A DNA stretch of 64,000 nucleotides from Eledone cirrhosa (GCA_964016885.1 OZ024740.1:68696001-68760000); one strand, 5' to 3'. Positions 46,376-63,931 are shown, numbered from the stretch's first letter. The notes: generated by a model from the letters alone, not told the origin. A program made the numbers and translations.

Positions 46376-46800
46376 GTACACCTACACACACACACCACCT
46401 TCAGCCCTCCCCGCTCGGCCACCCCGTCTCCCTCTCCCCACTCCACCCGCCACCACCCCTACATACCCCACACCCTTCCACCACCTGTTTTACCCCTTTT
46501 TTATTTTAAGTTTATTTTGATAATGCTTTTATATTTATTTTTATTTCATTCCTTTTATTTTGATCATGCTTTATTTTTATTTTTATTTTTAATTTCATTC
46601 GCACCGTTTCCTTTCGCTATATGTCTCTCCACCACTCCCTTACACACCCTTTGAACTCTGATCCCACACACTTCTCACCTAAGAAAGGGCTTATGCCCGA
46701 AACGTCGTTCCCCACCACCACCCCACTCTCCAGAGCGTGAAATTAATAAACATTCGTTGTACTGCCTCTCTGTTTTGTTCCTGTTCAATTTTTTTCCATT
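45186..46800 (+). mobile_element. C-rich 3' UTR and terminus of the same PLE, degenerate HHR at ~46676-46712
   Basis: Strong C/A skew; CTAAGAA-a-gggc-ttat-gccc-GAAA-CGTCG-TT; AATAAA then (TA)n. Confidence 0.72.
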
Positions 46801-46831
46801 ATATATATATATATGTGCGTGTACATATGTG

Positions 46832-46888
<57 letters not shown>

Positions 46889-46937
46889 ATTTGTGTATAT
46901 GTATATATATATGTGTATGTCTGTATGTATATATGTA

Positions 46938-47002
<65 letters not shown>

Positions 47003-47009
47003 GTGTATA

Positions 47010-47070
<61 letters not shown>

Positions 47071-47072
<2 letters not shown>

Positions 47073-47600
47073 TGTTATACTTTGGGAGGGTCATGTTGCC
47101 AATAAGAAACACACGCACCAGTTGCTTTCACTTCAATTTATTATATATTTATAAATTTACAAATTTACAAATCTATAAATTTATGGTTGGTTGGTTGGTT
47201 CCACAAGCAGATAGTTGTTTATATATAGTCATAGTTTGCGGATGTGGTGCATGCGCAAACTGAGCACACAACACACACACAGAAACAAAATGGCGTAGGA
47301 CAGAACAAAGGAGAGGCACAGAAACAAAGAAAGGAATCCCCAGTCACGGAAGAGGTCACGGAGTGTGTGACGAAAGGACTATGACTATATATAAACAACT
47401 ATCTGGTTGTGGAACCAACCAAACAACCAGAAATTTATAGATTTGTAAATTTGTAAATTTATAAATATATAATAAATTGAAGTGAAAGCAACTGGTGCGT
47501 GTGTTTCTTATTGGCAACATGACCCTCCCAAAGTATAACAATATCGGTTTCAACACACGATTTCAGATAAAGAATCTTGCTAAACAAATTCAGAAACGAA
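47071..47600. mobile_element. Fold-back PLE terminus (no HHR recognised in retained part)
   Basis: Arms 47071-47235 / 47378-47542; right arm ~55 nt longer. Confidence 0.85.
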
Positions 47601-47828
47601 ATATATATATATAAATATATATATGCGTGTGTATGTGTGTATGTATGTGTATATATGTATATATAAGTGTATATATATATATATATGTGTATATATGTAT
47701 GTATGTTTATATATGTATATATATATATATATATATATACATATATATGTATGTGTGTATATGTATGTGTATATGTGTATATGTGTATATTTGTGTATAT
47801 GTGTGTATATATATATATATGTATATAT

Positions 47829-49518
<1,690 letters not shown>

Positions 49519-49705
49519 ATATATATATATATGTATATATATATGTATATATGTATGTGTATATATATGTATCTGTGTGTGTATATGTGTATATATATAT
49601 GTATATTTATATATTTATATATTTATGTATGTGTGTATGTATATGCATATATGATTGTATATATATGTTTGTCTATATGTATGCATATATATATAAATAT
49701 ATATA

Positions 49706-49794
<89 letters not shown>

Positions 49795-49805
49795 ATATAT
49801 ATATG

Positions 49806-49842
<37 letters not shown>

Positions 49843-49844
<2 letters not shown>

Positions 49845-51078
49845 TTATTAAAATAACAGATTAAAGTTTAAACAAAGAATCGCTGCTTTCACCCTTAACG
49901 GGATCTTCTAAAGCTAACAACGTCAATCTGTAAACGCAGAAGTGGATATTTCAAAAAACGTTGCAACCGGAGGAAGACAGGGAGACGATACTTTGGTTCG
50001 TGGAAACCTTTCCCTGGCTATGCAAATAACTAATGGTATAAACAAAACATATACTTAGCTATTACATACGTAAAATATCCACGTATAGATCGTACTATCG
50101 TGTTAGGGTATAACGTGGGGCTGTAATACAGGAAAGTGTTGTGCAATTTATGTTTACCAGCCGAAATTGCCTCAGAATTTTTGTTTAAGATGTGGTCTGT
50201 GGCGTAGAGTATTTCCAGGGCCTCAGCGGCGCAGAGGTCTCATGGTCTTTTATTTCCGTTATACGATCTAGCCCTAGCAAGGATCTGCCAGTGTAAATTA
50301 TATTGGGTGTGGTTGTCTTTTAGACTCCAGATATAAGCTGAAAGTGGCGTCATATTCCTTCTTAGAGGGTAACAAAAAGAATGGGTATGAATGTAAAGAC
50401 GTTGCTTGAATCTATTGGCGGTTAGCCCTATGTAGGCCCAACGGGACGTGGGTGTTTCAACCTTACATTTGTAGACAATGTTACTAGAGATGCATTTCCC
50501 CGATAGGGGGCAATCAACCCGATTCCTACAATTACAGTTAGTACTAAATACAGCGTTGCACGTGTCACTACGGCTAGGTAGTTTAGCTAAATTTGAAGCT
50601 GTGATGTTATGTGCAAGGTTAGGAATCGTAGAGTAAGAAATTTTTATAGTATTTCTATTAAAAATGTTACTATGTTTATGTGTAGGGGGAAAATTGCTTC
50701 GTAATAAGGTAAAGAAATATCTTAACTAAAGGTGTGGCCACCTCCATATTATATGGTCGGTTATACCAACAAATGCGACGGGATCTATTTCTTCGTACTC
50801 TGTATATGCTACCTTATCGACAAATCCACTCCAAGTAAGAGCTTCATGCTCGTTAGTAGATAGACGGGAAACCCTCAACGAAACGTTTCTTACCAGGTTC
50901 TTGGTTATGCTGGCAGGATGGTTGAAATGCTTACCTATGTAATTAAGCGTATCATTCGGCTTGCTATACGGGTAATACAGCCCATTCAATAAATTGAGGG
51001 TAACGTCGAGGTAATTAACGACCGAGAGACTGGCCTCAACCTGTATAGAGAGGCTGAAGCTTTTAAAAGCGTTTGAAG
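49843..51078 (-). mobile_element. Naiad-type PLE, 5'-truncated, ending in the CAGAAGA-family terminus
   Basis: Minus: [25 protein letters not shown]; IFNRNTIKISYST.PN; CNCRNRVDCPLSGKC...IVYKCKV...YIGLTANRFKQR..H..SF...LSAYIWSLKD...W.I...P*DLCAAE...ILNK.SE. Confidence 0.88.
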
Positions 51079-51079
51079 C

Positions 51080-51165
<86 letters not shown>

Positions 51166-51190
51166 GTATGTGTGTATGTATATATGTGTG

Positions 51191-51305
<115 letters not shown>

Positions 51306-51306
51306 T

Positions 51307-51381
<75 letters not shown>

Positions 51382-51382
51382 T

Positions 51383-52159
<777 letters not shown>

Positions 52160-52161
<2 letters not shown>

Positions 52162-52762
52162 TTAAAATAACAGATTAAAATTGAGGCAAATAATCGCTGC
52201 TTTCACACTTAACGGGATCTTCTGAAACTGACAAAGTCAATCTGTAAACGGAGAAGAGAATATTTTGAAAAACGTTGCAACCGGAGGAAGACAGGAAGAC
52301 GATACTTTGGTTCGTGGAAACGTTCCCTGGCAAAGAACGGGAATAAACGAATATATGAACCACCGTCTCTATGAACCACCTAAGAGAATATTAGTCTACA
52401 ACTTCTTTTATACCATAAACATGGTTCTGTCTTTGCGTGTAATTGTTTTTCACCGCTCCAAATAATGACGTATTATATTCGTTTTTTCCCGTTCTTTGCC
52501 AGGGAACGTTTCCACGAACCAAAGTATCGTCCTACTGTCTTCCTGCGGTTGCAACGTTTTTTGAAATATTCACTTCTGCGTTTACAGATTGACTTTGTCA
52601 GTTTCAGAAGATCCCATTAAGGTGAAAGCAGCGATTCTTTGCTTAAACTTTAAACTTTATTTTAATAAATATTTGCTCTACCGTTCTTATATATTTGATA
52701 TATATTTATCCTTATCGAGCCTTCTTTGGATTTTAGTCTTCAAATTTATTATTATTACTATA
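52160..52762. mobile_element. Fold-back element, CAGAAGA family
   Basis: Arms 52160-52355 / 52475-52670; right arm ~90 nt longer. Confidence 0.86.
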
Positions 52763-54097
52763 TATTATCTATTTTGTATTTCACACTATGAGAAATAACA
52801 TTGGAATCATTATCAAATCCTCACAAGTTTTTGTTTTAAAATAGAGTCAGACACACTTGGTTAAGGATTTCGGGATAAACTTTTTCTTCAAAAATTATTG
52901 ATACTGTGTTGTCTGGGCTTCCATAACTTTGATCCTATGAACGCTCAAATAGAGCTTACCTGAGACTAAAAAACATTGAGACGTAACAGATCGATACACA
53001 TTAGTGCGGTTCTCTATTATTACCACCTTTCATATTATTTTTTCTTGTTTTTTACCAGATAAACCAAGAACATTCTTCTTATGCTTTGTTTTGTTTGTTA
53101 TTTCCTGCAAGTGTTCAAGACCCTTCGTTTATTTTTTTTATTTTTGTAATAATTATTCATTTGTAATACTATCTATATATGAAATATGTATTATTCTTCA
53201 CGACAATACCGTTAAAAAATTGAAACATCCTTACATTTTAAACAATATATAATGTTTTGTTCAGCAAGTTTAGGGAAGTTTCAGTATTAATGAAATAATA
53301 ATTAATTTTAAAACAAAATAAATGATTATGTAAATAATCATAATATTACATTGCTACTCATAGAACTGTTAACTATATCGATTTGACTCTTCCTCTCGTC
53401 AATTATAACAATGAGAATGTATCAATTAAAGAGGTCAGTTATTATGGACGCAGTTGACCTCTGTGAACAATAGTTGAGTCGATATTTCACATAAACGCCG
53501 AAGGTTGTTTTATTTTGTGAAACTAACAATTATCTGACTGTTAAAGTGATATGGTAAATTAGAGATTACGAGTATGAGGAGATCGTTATAGATTATTGAT
53601 GGAAACGTTCAGTATTTGTATATGTAGGAGATACAGAGAGGGAAAAATTCAATATGATTGCAGCATTAGAAACTGAATATCTATTCAAACTATGAAAAAT
53701 ATACTTTTCAAGATAGTGTCAAATATGCCAATTTGAAGCTTCGGGTCTAAATATGCCGAGGGCGAATTGCAGATGAAACATTTAGACGAATTTAAAATTG
53801 CTTTTTCCTTTAGATAAAAGAATTATAAACATGTTGAAACGTAAAATAATTTCGCTACTTATTTTAATATATAATAGTTAAAGATAAAATTTTAAATAGT
53901 CATATTTCTTATATTTCTTAGAAGTTTAATATGTATGTTCTGTTTGTAATCTCGTAGGTATATTAATATGTTGTTTACTCTAAAAATAGTCGACAGTTCG
54001 CCAGTATTACTTTGGAAAATACGGACATGTTCAACATTCACTGAAGATATCCAATCAGATTTAATCTCGGCAAAAATTGTCTCTAATAATCAAAATA

Positions 54098-54282
54098 ATT
54101 GTTTCTTCTTTTGGCACAAGGCCAGCAATTATCCCAGTGTATTACTGGTACTTTATTTTATCGAACCCGTAAGGATGAAAGGCAAAGTTAACCTCGGCTG
54201 GATTTGAACTCAGAATGACAAGGGCCGTAACTCTATGCTGCAAAGCGTCCGACCCTCTACCGATACTGCCAATACACCGCCA
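54098..54282 (-). mobile_element. tRNA-derived SINE with 18 bp target-site duplication
   Basis: tctaataatcaaaataat at 54082-54099 and 54284-54301. Confidence 0.93.
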
Positions 54283-57200
54283 TTCTAATAATCAAAATAA
54301 TGCTAGTTAATAAATAATTCAGTTTTTCCTCACGACATGATTATTACCTGTTTGCTCATTCATTCTTCTCGATTTAAATTTATTAATATTAACTGGAATT
54401 AATAACAATTCAGAATTATTCTTAATAACATTCACTTAAACCTTTCACAAAGCTATAACTATTTCTATGCACGTTTGTTGTTTGACACTTGTTAATCATT
54501 ACTGGGAATAAGGGTATTCTATATTTATTGACAAATCAACTTTATACTAAATGTGTAGAGCAAAACACATCACGCCAGTTACAATTTGTCAAAAAATGTT
54601 TAATTGCAATTGACTAACGTCGCCTGTTGTTGGTATTTATGTGTTTATATTAAACACCAAATGATAATAATCTAGATTTTTAATATTGAACATTTCAGTT
54701 AAAGTAAACATGATAGTTGAAATAAAATTCATATAAAATGATATACCGACATGTAATTCATACCAAATTATAAAAGGATTGGTGATTGCTAATATTTCTA
54801 CTTCATTCGAACCATTTACATATTTTCACTGAAAGTGCGATGTTCTGTATATACAACGACGTAAATGTACTTAAATGATTTCTCACTATCACACTCTAAG
54901 CGAATTTTTAAATACGAGACTTGACTTTCAAAATCGTCATTTCAACATTATTATGTTTCTTTGTTTTTCACAGTGTTAGTGTACTTTTTTAGTTGGGGGA
55001 AACTAGTTCTTACTTCTCTTGAAACTGTCAAGCAGATCATTTTTTCTTATTCGCTTTTCTTCTTCATTGATAAATTTGACTTGGTTTCTTTTAGATATAG
55101 TTTCGCTATTCCACTAAGTTTAAAGGAATGTATTTCTCCTGTTTTCTTTTTTTTTTTTTCACTTTTCTTGTTTTTGTTGTTCTCGATTTACAAATAATTA
55201 TTGGCCTTAGCTACATTTGTTTGAATGACAGCCCCACCACGTTGCACAAAAAGAAATAAGATTGCCAATATTTGACTGAGAAATATTGGCAGTATTTCAT
55301 TTTGAAGAAAATATATTTTGGGGTTCTATTATGTTGTGATATATTGTCAAATATGTTTATATTTAACCGAAAAGAAATGCACAGTCTTTGTGATATCTGC
55401 CATATTTACAAAACATAATAATATTGACAAATAAAAAGTGTGTATTTTTCATTTTTTTATCACTTTTTAAATTTTATTCGCATTAAACAACAACAGAAAT
55501 GTCAATGTTAGTAGTTTCAAGAAAATGTTTTTGGCAAACAGAAACATAACTGTTTGTTCATCCATAAATCATAGTAATGTGTAATATGTCTCTCTATAAG
55601 AAAGCAATGTTCTGTTTATACCTCAGTTAGTATTCTAATGCAATCTAGGAAGCGTAGGCGAAGAGGAAGAATTGTTTTATTTTCTAAGCTATAAATCATT
55701 GGTATATGTATTGTTTCTTCGTAAGAAAGTAATGTTCCATTCAATTTTTCGCTTACTATTGCAATGTTCTATATAGTGGAATATTAAATCAACTCCTAAC
55801 ATTAACTGTTAAAGAAACGGACAATTAAAATATTGTCTAGCACTAAGTTGGGCCTCATCGAACAGTTATATAATCAAAGGCATTCAAGACATGATTATCT
55901 CGTTTCACATCTTTTAAAAGACAAAGGTATACCCAGGTATATTTGTCTAATCTTGTTTTAGGACAGTAGAGTATGAGAAGTTGAGATTGATTTGGCTGTT
56001 ATCTCTATCAAGTTGAGTTACCAAATATGTGGAATTATCATTTTGCTGGCAGAGATTTTCAGCATGTTAGTATGAAAAGTAATGGTAATAGCCATGATGG
56101 ATGTTGGTTTTCTTAATTATTGAATTGATGATTGCATGTCAACTGCTAAATGGAAAACCTTGTCAGAGGGGAAACTTGTTTCTGGATTATATGTTTGCAA
56201 CAGAGTGAACTTCGGTAAGAAAACACAGAACTAGTAGTTGTGTGATGAAGTATATATTTACTGGCCTACACTGGGCTGATTGACTGAAAATATGACTGTT
56301 TGAAGCTCCGAAACTTGACTAGAATTTTCTTAACAAACGTTTATATATGACATTCGGCTTAATTGATATTGGAAACAAATGTCCTTATTTCCTAAGTACT
56401 TGCATGTACCAAAATGCTATCATTTAAATATTACATGTTTTACTTAACCCCTTTTTCTTTAATCTATTAACAACCTTATTAATATTACCTTAACTAACTA
56501 GCTTTCGCATTTACCCACTTTTCTTTACAATACGCCTTTGGTCGTAAGCGTATACTTATCGATATTCTGTCAGGAAATGAATAATAACACATGTAAGTGA
56601 TTAAGCCTCGCAAATATTCAATTTCATAGAGTCAAGATGCAACAGGCTTAATTCAAACCTTCAATCTACACTGTGTCATGCTGCGATCCAATAAGGAGAT
56701 TGCTTTCTGCAACCCTAGGCATACTGATATGGTTAATATGGACCACTCTTCCTACAAGCAGCCAAGACCATAAGATGAATTTAAAATAATAATTACCGCT
56801 ACTCTCAATAATGGCAAACAAATACATGATTTTACACGAGAGTTTTGAAATTTGAAATTAGTTTTGACCCGATCAGTTCAACGGAGTAGCACAAACAAAA
56901 TAATTTAACCTATATTCCATTTTCTATCAGATCAGTATACTCCACGTTAAATAAAATAAAGGATTGTTATGTAAATCTGAAATTGAATACACGCATCATT
57001 AGTAACAACCCGAGGGTTAAATATGTCATACTAAACTAACTTTCTAGGATAGTTTCAAATTTTATTAGGCAGCTCCAAGATATCTGGTCGAAATACGGTT
57101 TCCAATAAAAAAAAAAAAAAAATTAAATCGTGCTCATAGAATTTGCCTTCAAATGTTGGCACTTAGATTCATAACAGATGATCTTGTATAACGCAATGTA

Positions 57201-58196
57201 GTCACAAATTAACATGGTGTTTTATCCTTAATCCTAGATTTCTTTCTCAAAAAACAATTCATTAAACTCTTCTGACAGCAACTATGTATGGTATGCCGAT
57301 TTCAAGTTCTAATCAATTCATTTTCTCTTCAATCCTTATCCATGAGACGAATAGAAGTACATGAATATATGGATTTAATTTCAATGACTTCACTGCTGTC
57401 CTCAGCATATACAGTAGCTAGGATATTTTAGAATATAAAATACTCATATTCAAAGCAATTGTTCTGTAAATATTTCAAAAGATATTTTTTGAAAATTAGT
57501 TCCTAGCCTTCATTATACACTACACGCTATTTGGTGTGAAGTGAGTAGCAGCAATGTTACAGATAGATATGAGGCTGAACGCCTTTGCAGATGCAATAGC
57601 ATATATAAGTGGTATTTTAATAGTCGAAGTATGCCACGAGAATATGGATTTAAGATGATATTATCATTAGCTACGAAAGAGATTGTTTTAGACAAGAGTC
57701 ACACGTTGAATCTGTGACTTCCAATACTGACCATTCATGGACAAGCATTATCGATTTTACCTATACAAAGAAAAGATGTGAGACAACCTCATTCAGCTAT
57801 GGTAAACGGGAATAAGACAATGTCTGTCATATAAGATTGATCGACAATGCGTTCATTTTACGTTTAATCTGTCACTACAACACATCTCTACTGATAATCA
57901 AACATGTTCTGCTACAGACCAACAATACAATTCACATATTTTCATATATATTATGAATTATATTGTTCAAAGTAACAAGTGATATATATTGAAACACCAA
58001 AAGAAAAAGCAAAAGCAGCAGAACATTATATTTACTGTGTTCCTACTATAGTATGGACCTCCGTCAGTTTCAATGATACGTGTTCCTGTTGTCACACAAT
58101 GTAACTGACTGCTCATCGAATTAACAAGGTAATGGCTATGTGTTCCAGAGAAATGTGTATTCTTAACGTAACTCAGTGGAATTTGGCATTATCTAA

Positions 58197-58296
58197 TTGT
58201 TTCTACTTTAGGCACAAGGCCAGCAATTACCCAGTGCATTACTGGTACTTTATTTTATCGACCCCGTAAGGATGAAAGGCAAAGTTAACCTCGGCA
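58197..58296 (-). mobile_element. 5'-truncated SINE
   Basis: 3' half of consensus only; flanked by 'ggcattat'. Confidence 0.88.
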
Positions 58297-61200
58297 TTAT
58301 ATAATGTGATAAGGATAGTCCATTGAAGTACATTTACATACCATGCATTCCGAAAAATTTCCGTTTCCTCAACTTCACTTACAAGGTGGAGTCTGACATG
58401 AAATTATGATAAATTTTACTTGCCCGAGATGCCATGGAATGCAATTGAATGCACGTCCTTGAGAAAGAGAGGCGTTAGCCATTTCGGCCATGCTGCGTCC
58501 AACCCTCTATGTGCTTAAAAGTAGCAGACACTGTATTCGAGAGAGTTTTTGCAATGCACTATAAATTCAAAATAATGCCTTAATTGTTGTATTGACACAT
58601 GGAATCTTATTCTCTCAAGAAAATAAATTTGTAGCAGGAAATCGGAAAGGTTATTGGGGGGACGTATCTCATAACATATTTTCTTGGTGTTTTAATGAGA
58701 TATATAGGAATCACCTTCTTATTTCATCCTTTCAGATTCAATAAATAAAGTGCCAGTCCAGATGCCTCAACGCCTAATCCTATTACCTGGAGTCATACTA
58801 ATAAGAGGATCATTGTGAAACTAACATAAAAGAGGTACTGATTATGAAGCTATGTTGAGCTCACACAAATTAAAGTATGCTTCGTGTGTTCACAAGAGAC
58901 CTATTTAACGTCGTAGTTGTCTTGTTTCCAGGTGATTCATATTAACATTTACACAATTCTTTTATAGCACTTCGGAATTGTATTTCATTAAGGCTACTAA
59001 TATATTGAGGAAAAGCATAAATACCTCAAATTAGATTTTGATCACTCCACAAAACCATAACCATTGACGTCTCAATGGTAGCAATGCAGAAAACATAAAA
59101 AAGAGGAATAAATTGCCTCCGTTTATTACTAATACATAACATTGGTTCTTCCTCATTTGACACATGGCTTAGTTAATAGGAATTGGGAAGATATACTGAA
59201 GCAGCATTCCTAATGCAATTAGTTATCTAATGGAGCAGATAACCGAAACAATATAGGGGACTCAGCACACTGGGTATATATTCATTTGCACCGAGTTAAC
59301 TACCATGATAAATATCTTATCTTTTTACATACAAATATTCATTAATTTAGCCGCTTTAGTATAACCCTACTGTGAAACTATCTTGTATATAATTGTAAAG
59401 GAGAGTACTACGTAGAAACGTAACATAATCAACTATCTGTAATTTATCATTGGCATTCACAGAATAAACTAAAACTGATTGTTCAAAGAATACCATACTA
59501 TGAATGCATACCATGGCAATTAGCAAAGCTGTAAATCTTATTGTTTTAACAAGCTGCACAGAGTAATCTAACTTTTATTATATCGTAGTTTTCTCCTATT
59601 GTAACATATGCACTACCTGGCTTAAACAACCATGATTTGTTGACTTAATTCTACATGTACTTTCTATCGACACGTACGAAATTGAGGGAAGTTTGAATTA
59701 ATGATGTAGATTCTCTTCTGTGTTGCTCTTTACCTTCTGCTACTCTCAATGTTTCTTTTCTCTACTGCAGAAATCTATAAATGAATTGTCATATTGTTAA
59801 GCTGGCCAAATAAAATTGTAATGCATATTCTAAATACGATGAGAGTATTTTTATTACCAGCCTTTAGAAAAGCACACACATATTGATGCTTTGGAACACT
59901 CGACGTCTAATTTTAATTTTAAGTGTGCAAGAATTTCACTTCCACTGCATTACTATTGCCAATTATTGTCTCTTTAACCTAATATATTTGAAAGATGTAT
60001 ACCTGAAGATGAAAATATCTCTTTCGTAGAGAATGTAATTTTCCATTTAGATATATATAAATATAAAACTATATTTTCCTTGTTCATTCACCAATCCTTT
60101 TCTTATATAAAATGAACATTACGTTTTTGGTATTCTACCAAAATGCTAATAGGTATCGCTTTCATCTTGAAGAATACAATGTGTGGGTAAACAAGCTAAA
60201 TTATTTTTGGACGTTCTGCTCTGCCAGATTCTTATATAAGGTTCACTAAGTCGAAGGTTTAATGTCAGCCAAACACAATTTTTAATGTAACATGTAAATA
60301 GATTTATCAAAGCATAAAATATATATTTAGGGAGTTAAATTGTGCGTAAAATTATACATAAATATCCATGCGTTTTTCCCCCTGCATACTAAACAAGTGA
60401 AAGTTTGGTTTTTCAATAAGTGTAAAAACGTCATTGAAAAGTTCCAATGCAATTAGAGCTTCTAACAAGTTCAACATTAAAGATAAAAGAGCCTAGTTAA
60501 TCTTTCAGCTCTACTTTGTTTTCATTTCCGCTTCATAATAGAGGAATGAATAAGATGTCAATGTCGGATTATATTTACTGAGGACGAAGTATTATTTTCC
60601 ATGTTTACATGTGTATAATAAATAATAGAGTGCTCAGGGAAATTGTAGTGGCGTAAAAGGATGTCAAAGCAAAATAGAGTTTTTGATCAATATATTTCGT
60701 CATGATGTTTTAATGTTGAAGGTTTCTTTTCAAATAAGGAGAGCTTCCTCAATTCGGAAGTTCCATTAATATAAAAATTGCATAAGCCTCTAATCAATAA
60801 TATTATGATCGGTACTACATGGATCACAGAGGCTATTATGAGAAGTTTGCGCGCATAATCTTCCTTCAAGCTCAATCTCACACACAACACTCAAATAGTT
60901 CATGAGAACAGAACATGTAATGTTTTTTCTTTTCTTTTTAAGGGGAGGGGGGTGTCATCGATCTTCCAGTATTCCATTCCTAACAGTTATGTATGTAATT
61001 CCAGTAAAATTCGTGTGCACAGGGGAGTTATACGAAGTGTAGAATTTTGATAGAAATATATAATAACAAATCTCAATTAAAGTTCGTACCTTACCCATTA
61101 AGTAAGTGATAAATATGATAATGTCTTATATGTAAGCCAAACTTTCTCCTATGCATCATTCTAAACCAATGGTTTATGTAATATACGTTAATATTAAGAT

Positions 61201-63444
61201 TAGAAGGGCCTGTCAATTACTAGTGTCATTCTTTTCGGAGAAATTACAAGAATATTACCAAATCGTTACCTCTTATTAGAAGGAGACATTGATGATTAGA
61301 CAGATTTAATATTAGTCTCACAATATAATGTATCACTAATAATATATGAAAGCTATGTGTTGCAATAAATATCTACCTCTCTCATCAATAATTCAAGTAT
61401 GCATTAAGACTATTTCATTAGCATTTCTCTACATTTCCTGTGGTTCTTCAAGAGACAACATCTTATATACAAATCACATAGATTAGGTATATCCATTATA
61501 TAAACATAGACCATACGAATCGAATATTTGTCCTACACTGGGCGCTCAATATGACAGAAATGGAGTCTACATTTCCTCATGTCACTCGCTACCATCTACT
61601 AAAATATAAAGATACATTGACCAATGTTCTTCCAACATGGTCATAAATGGTCATAAATGATATGTTTTGATCATGAATCCATAAAAAAAATCACAAAGGA
61701 GTCACAGAACGACATCTCCGGAAACAATACCATAACAGAAAACAAACAGAGGATTAAACTCACATTTCGATCACATTACAGCCCAAACGTATATATAATC
61801 TTTACAGAGTTAAGTATCTACTGGTTATAATAAATTACATTTTTATGGTATTTATTTTCCTAGACATAATTGTGAAATGTTTCGGCGAAACTAAAGCTAA
61901 TCATTTCCGTGTTTGATTTCCATTGACTAAAACAGCTGATCGCTGATTATATTGTTTAATAGGAAGCAATGTCATGCAGATGATATTTTCCAGCAAATCT
62001 AGCAAAGACAAATAAGGTAATTTTGTAGAGACGACACTACATATATTGCTAATTCTTTTATGTAAAACTGGAATATATTTTGAGTTGAATTAAGTTTGTT
62101 GATGTGCATAACACGTCTAAACAATAGATAAATCGTAACCAACTCTGAATAAGAATGGCTGGTCCCTCGATTGATTGACCACAATTTCATCTGTCTTGTG
62201 CTTTTGTTCACGATATTAAAACTCACTCTTAAACATTATATCTACTTAAAGCAATGGCTGAGAGTTTATAACATATTTCCTCCATGTATCTCAGTTATTT
62301 ATCGTTGCATTTAATTCTCTTAATAATTGATATAGCGACCGTATTAGGATCCGTTCTCTCCATATACGATTTGGCTTCCCTGTCCAAATATCATACCAAC
62401 TACACACATTTTTGATAGACCAGATGTTGAACGTTTAATGAGTTGTTCATAAAATGATTAAAAATGTGTTATTTGCTGGTCATTTTCATAGATGTGTTAT
62501 TTTAACTCTGTCAGTAAATTGTTTTCCAGTAATAAATCTCATTACAAAGTTACTGAAAAAATACGATCAAATTTTGAAACTATATTTACAGAGCAAGTGA
62601 TACCATATTTTGTAAGCAAACTTTTGAAGTTCATCTTAAAATGGTAACTCTCGGGAAAATGAATTTTAACTTAGTTTACAAACTAACGGAACACATACTA
62701 TTTTATACTGATCTTGTTGTTTACTACATTAATATTAAAATGTACCTTACAGATGTCGAACTTATATCCCCCGAGATATTTGGGAGTAAAGTCGTTTGGT
62801 AATGCAAGCAATATATTGGAATATGTGAGGTATGGAATGTGAACAATTCGTTTATAACCAGACACTATATTCTTCTTCCTGCATTTATTTTACAGGAAAC
62901 ATGTATTCAGTGTAATACATGAACTACTTTGCTTTCATCTAAAATGTTTGTTATCTGCCGATCTTCACTGTGCGCTTAGTATTGTATCGATTTAGGAGGC
63001 GGATATCCTCCCCAGACGGTTGATATGATCTCATCTCAGGGATAATAAACATTTCTTTTTGTAATAATTCAAATTGAAGCGAAGTTTCCATAGAAACCTT
63101 CAAAAATCATAACGTAAGATTTTTCTTGTATGTTTACTAATATTTAACATAGAATACAATGCGGTTAATGTATGCTAGAAAATATTTAGCAGTATATCAG
63201 CTCCTATGAAGAAATGTCGTTTGATGTCCTGTGACTCTAATCGGAAAATACTTTCTTTCCACAGAGTGAACTTTCAAAGTATTGTTGTAGACACTAAGAT
63301 ATATTTTCTTTTCATTTATCTTATGTATAATAAATACATAATTTATAGATATATACATATATACATTCACATACATGTATATATGCATACAAATACATAC
63401 AAATAAATATACGTACAACACACATGTATATATATATATATATT

Positions 63445-63750
63445 TTCGAATTGGTGCTCTGAAATAGCGATCTATATATATGTGAATGTATATATAGTGT
63501 ATTTTGCAATACACTGAATGCTTAATTAAAAGCATTTTGAAGACCTTATGCTATTGTTTTAAAGTAGTGACTATGTCACTTACTTCTTTTTTAACAAGGA
63601 AAGGGAAATAAGCTGATAGATCTCTGTTTCATACTGTTGGTATTCCCCAGAGCTTTGCATTCCAGTTGTTTGTTGAAAATTATGAATGTTTGAAACACAG
63701 ATCTGTCCGCTTATCTCCCTTTGTTTGTTGAAAATCAGAAGTGACATAGT
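63445..63750 (-). mobile_element. Diverged member of the 320 bp monomer family; HHR motif 63611-63654
   Basis: gaattggtgctctgaaatagcgat... matches 16093/17233; agct-CTGGGGA-atac-caaca-gtat-GAAA-CAGAGATCTA-TC-agct. Confidence 0.82.
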
Positions 63751-63760
63751 GTTATATATA

Positions 63761-63931
63761 TAGAAGTAGTTCCACAACAGTTAGTTCACCATAACGAGAA
63801 CAAATGTATCACCTTATGCGGAGCTTCAGCTCGGTCTGAATGAGGTTATTTTTCAGACCGAGCTGAATATCCGCATAAGGTGAAACATTTGTTCTCGGTA
63901 TGGTGAATTAACTGTTGTGGAACTACTTCTA
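63761..63931. mobile_element. Fold-back element with HHRs (63793-63835 -, 63857-63899 +)
   Basis: accgag-CTGAATA-t-cc-gcataa-gg-t-GAAA-CATTTG-TT-ctcggt; other arm reads CTGAAGC, implying consensus CTGAAGA. Confidence 0.83.

Noticed and set aside
59356-59559. Short ORF with hydrophobic, signal-peptide-like start
   Set aside because: Non-ATG start, 67 aa, no homology motif or splice evidence; expected by chance in AT-rich DNA.
52800-63400. Host exons or regulatory elements in the repeat-poor stretch
   Set aside because: No ORF or motif I can support by eye; small exons cannot be excluded without transcript data.
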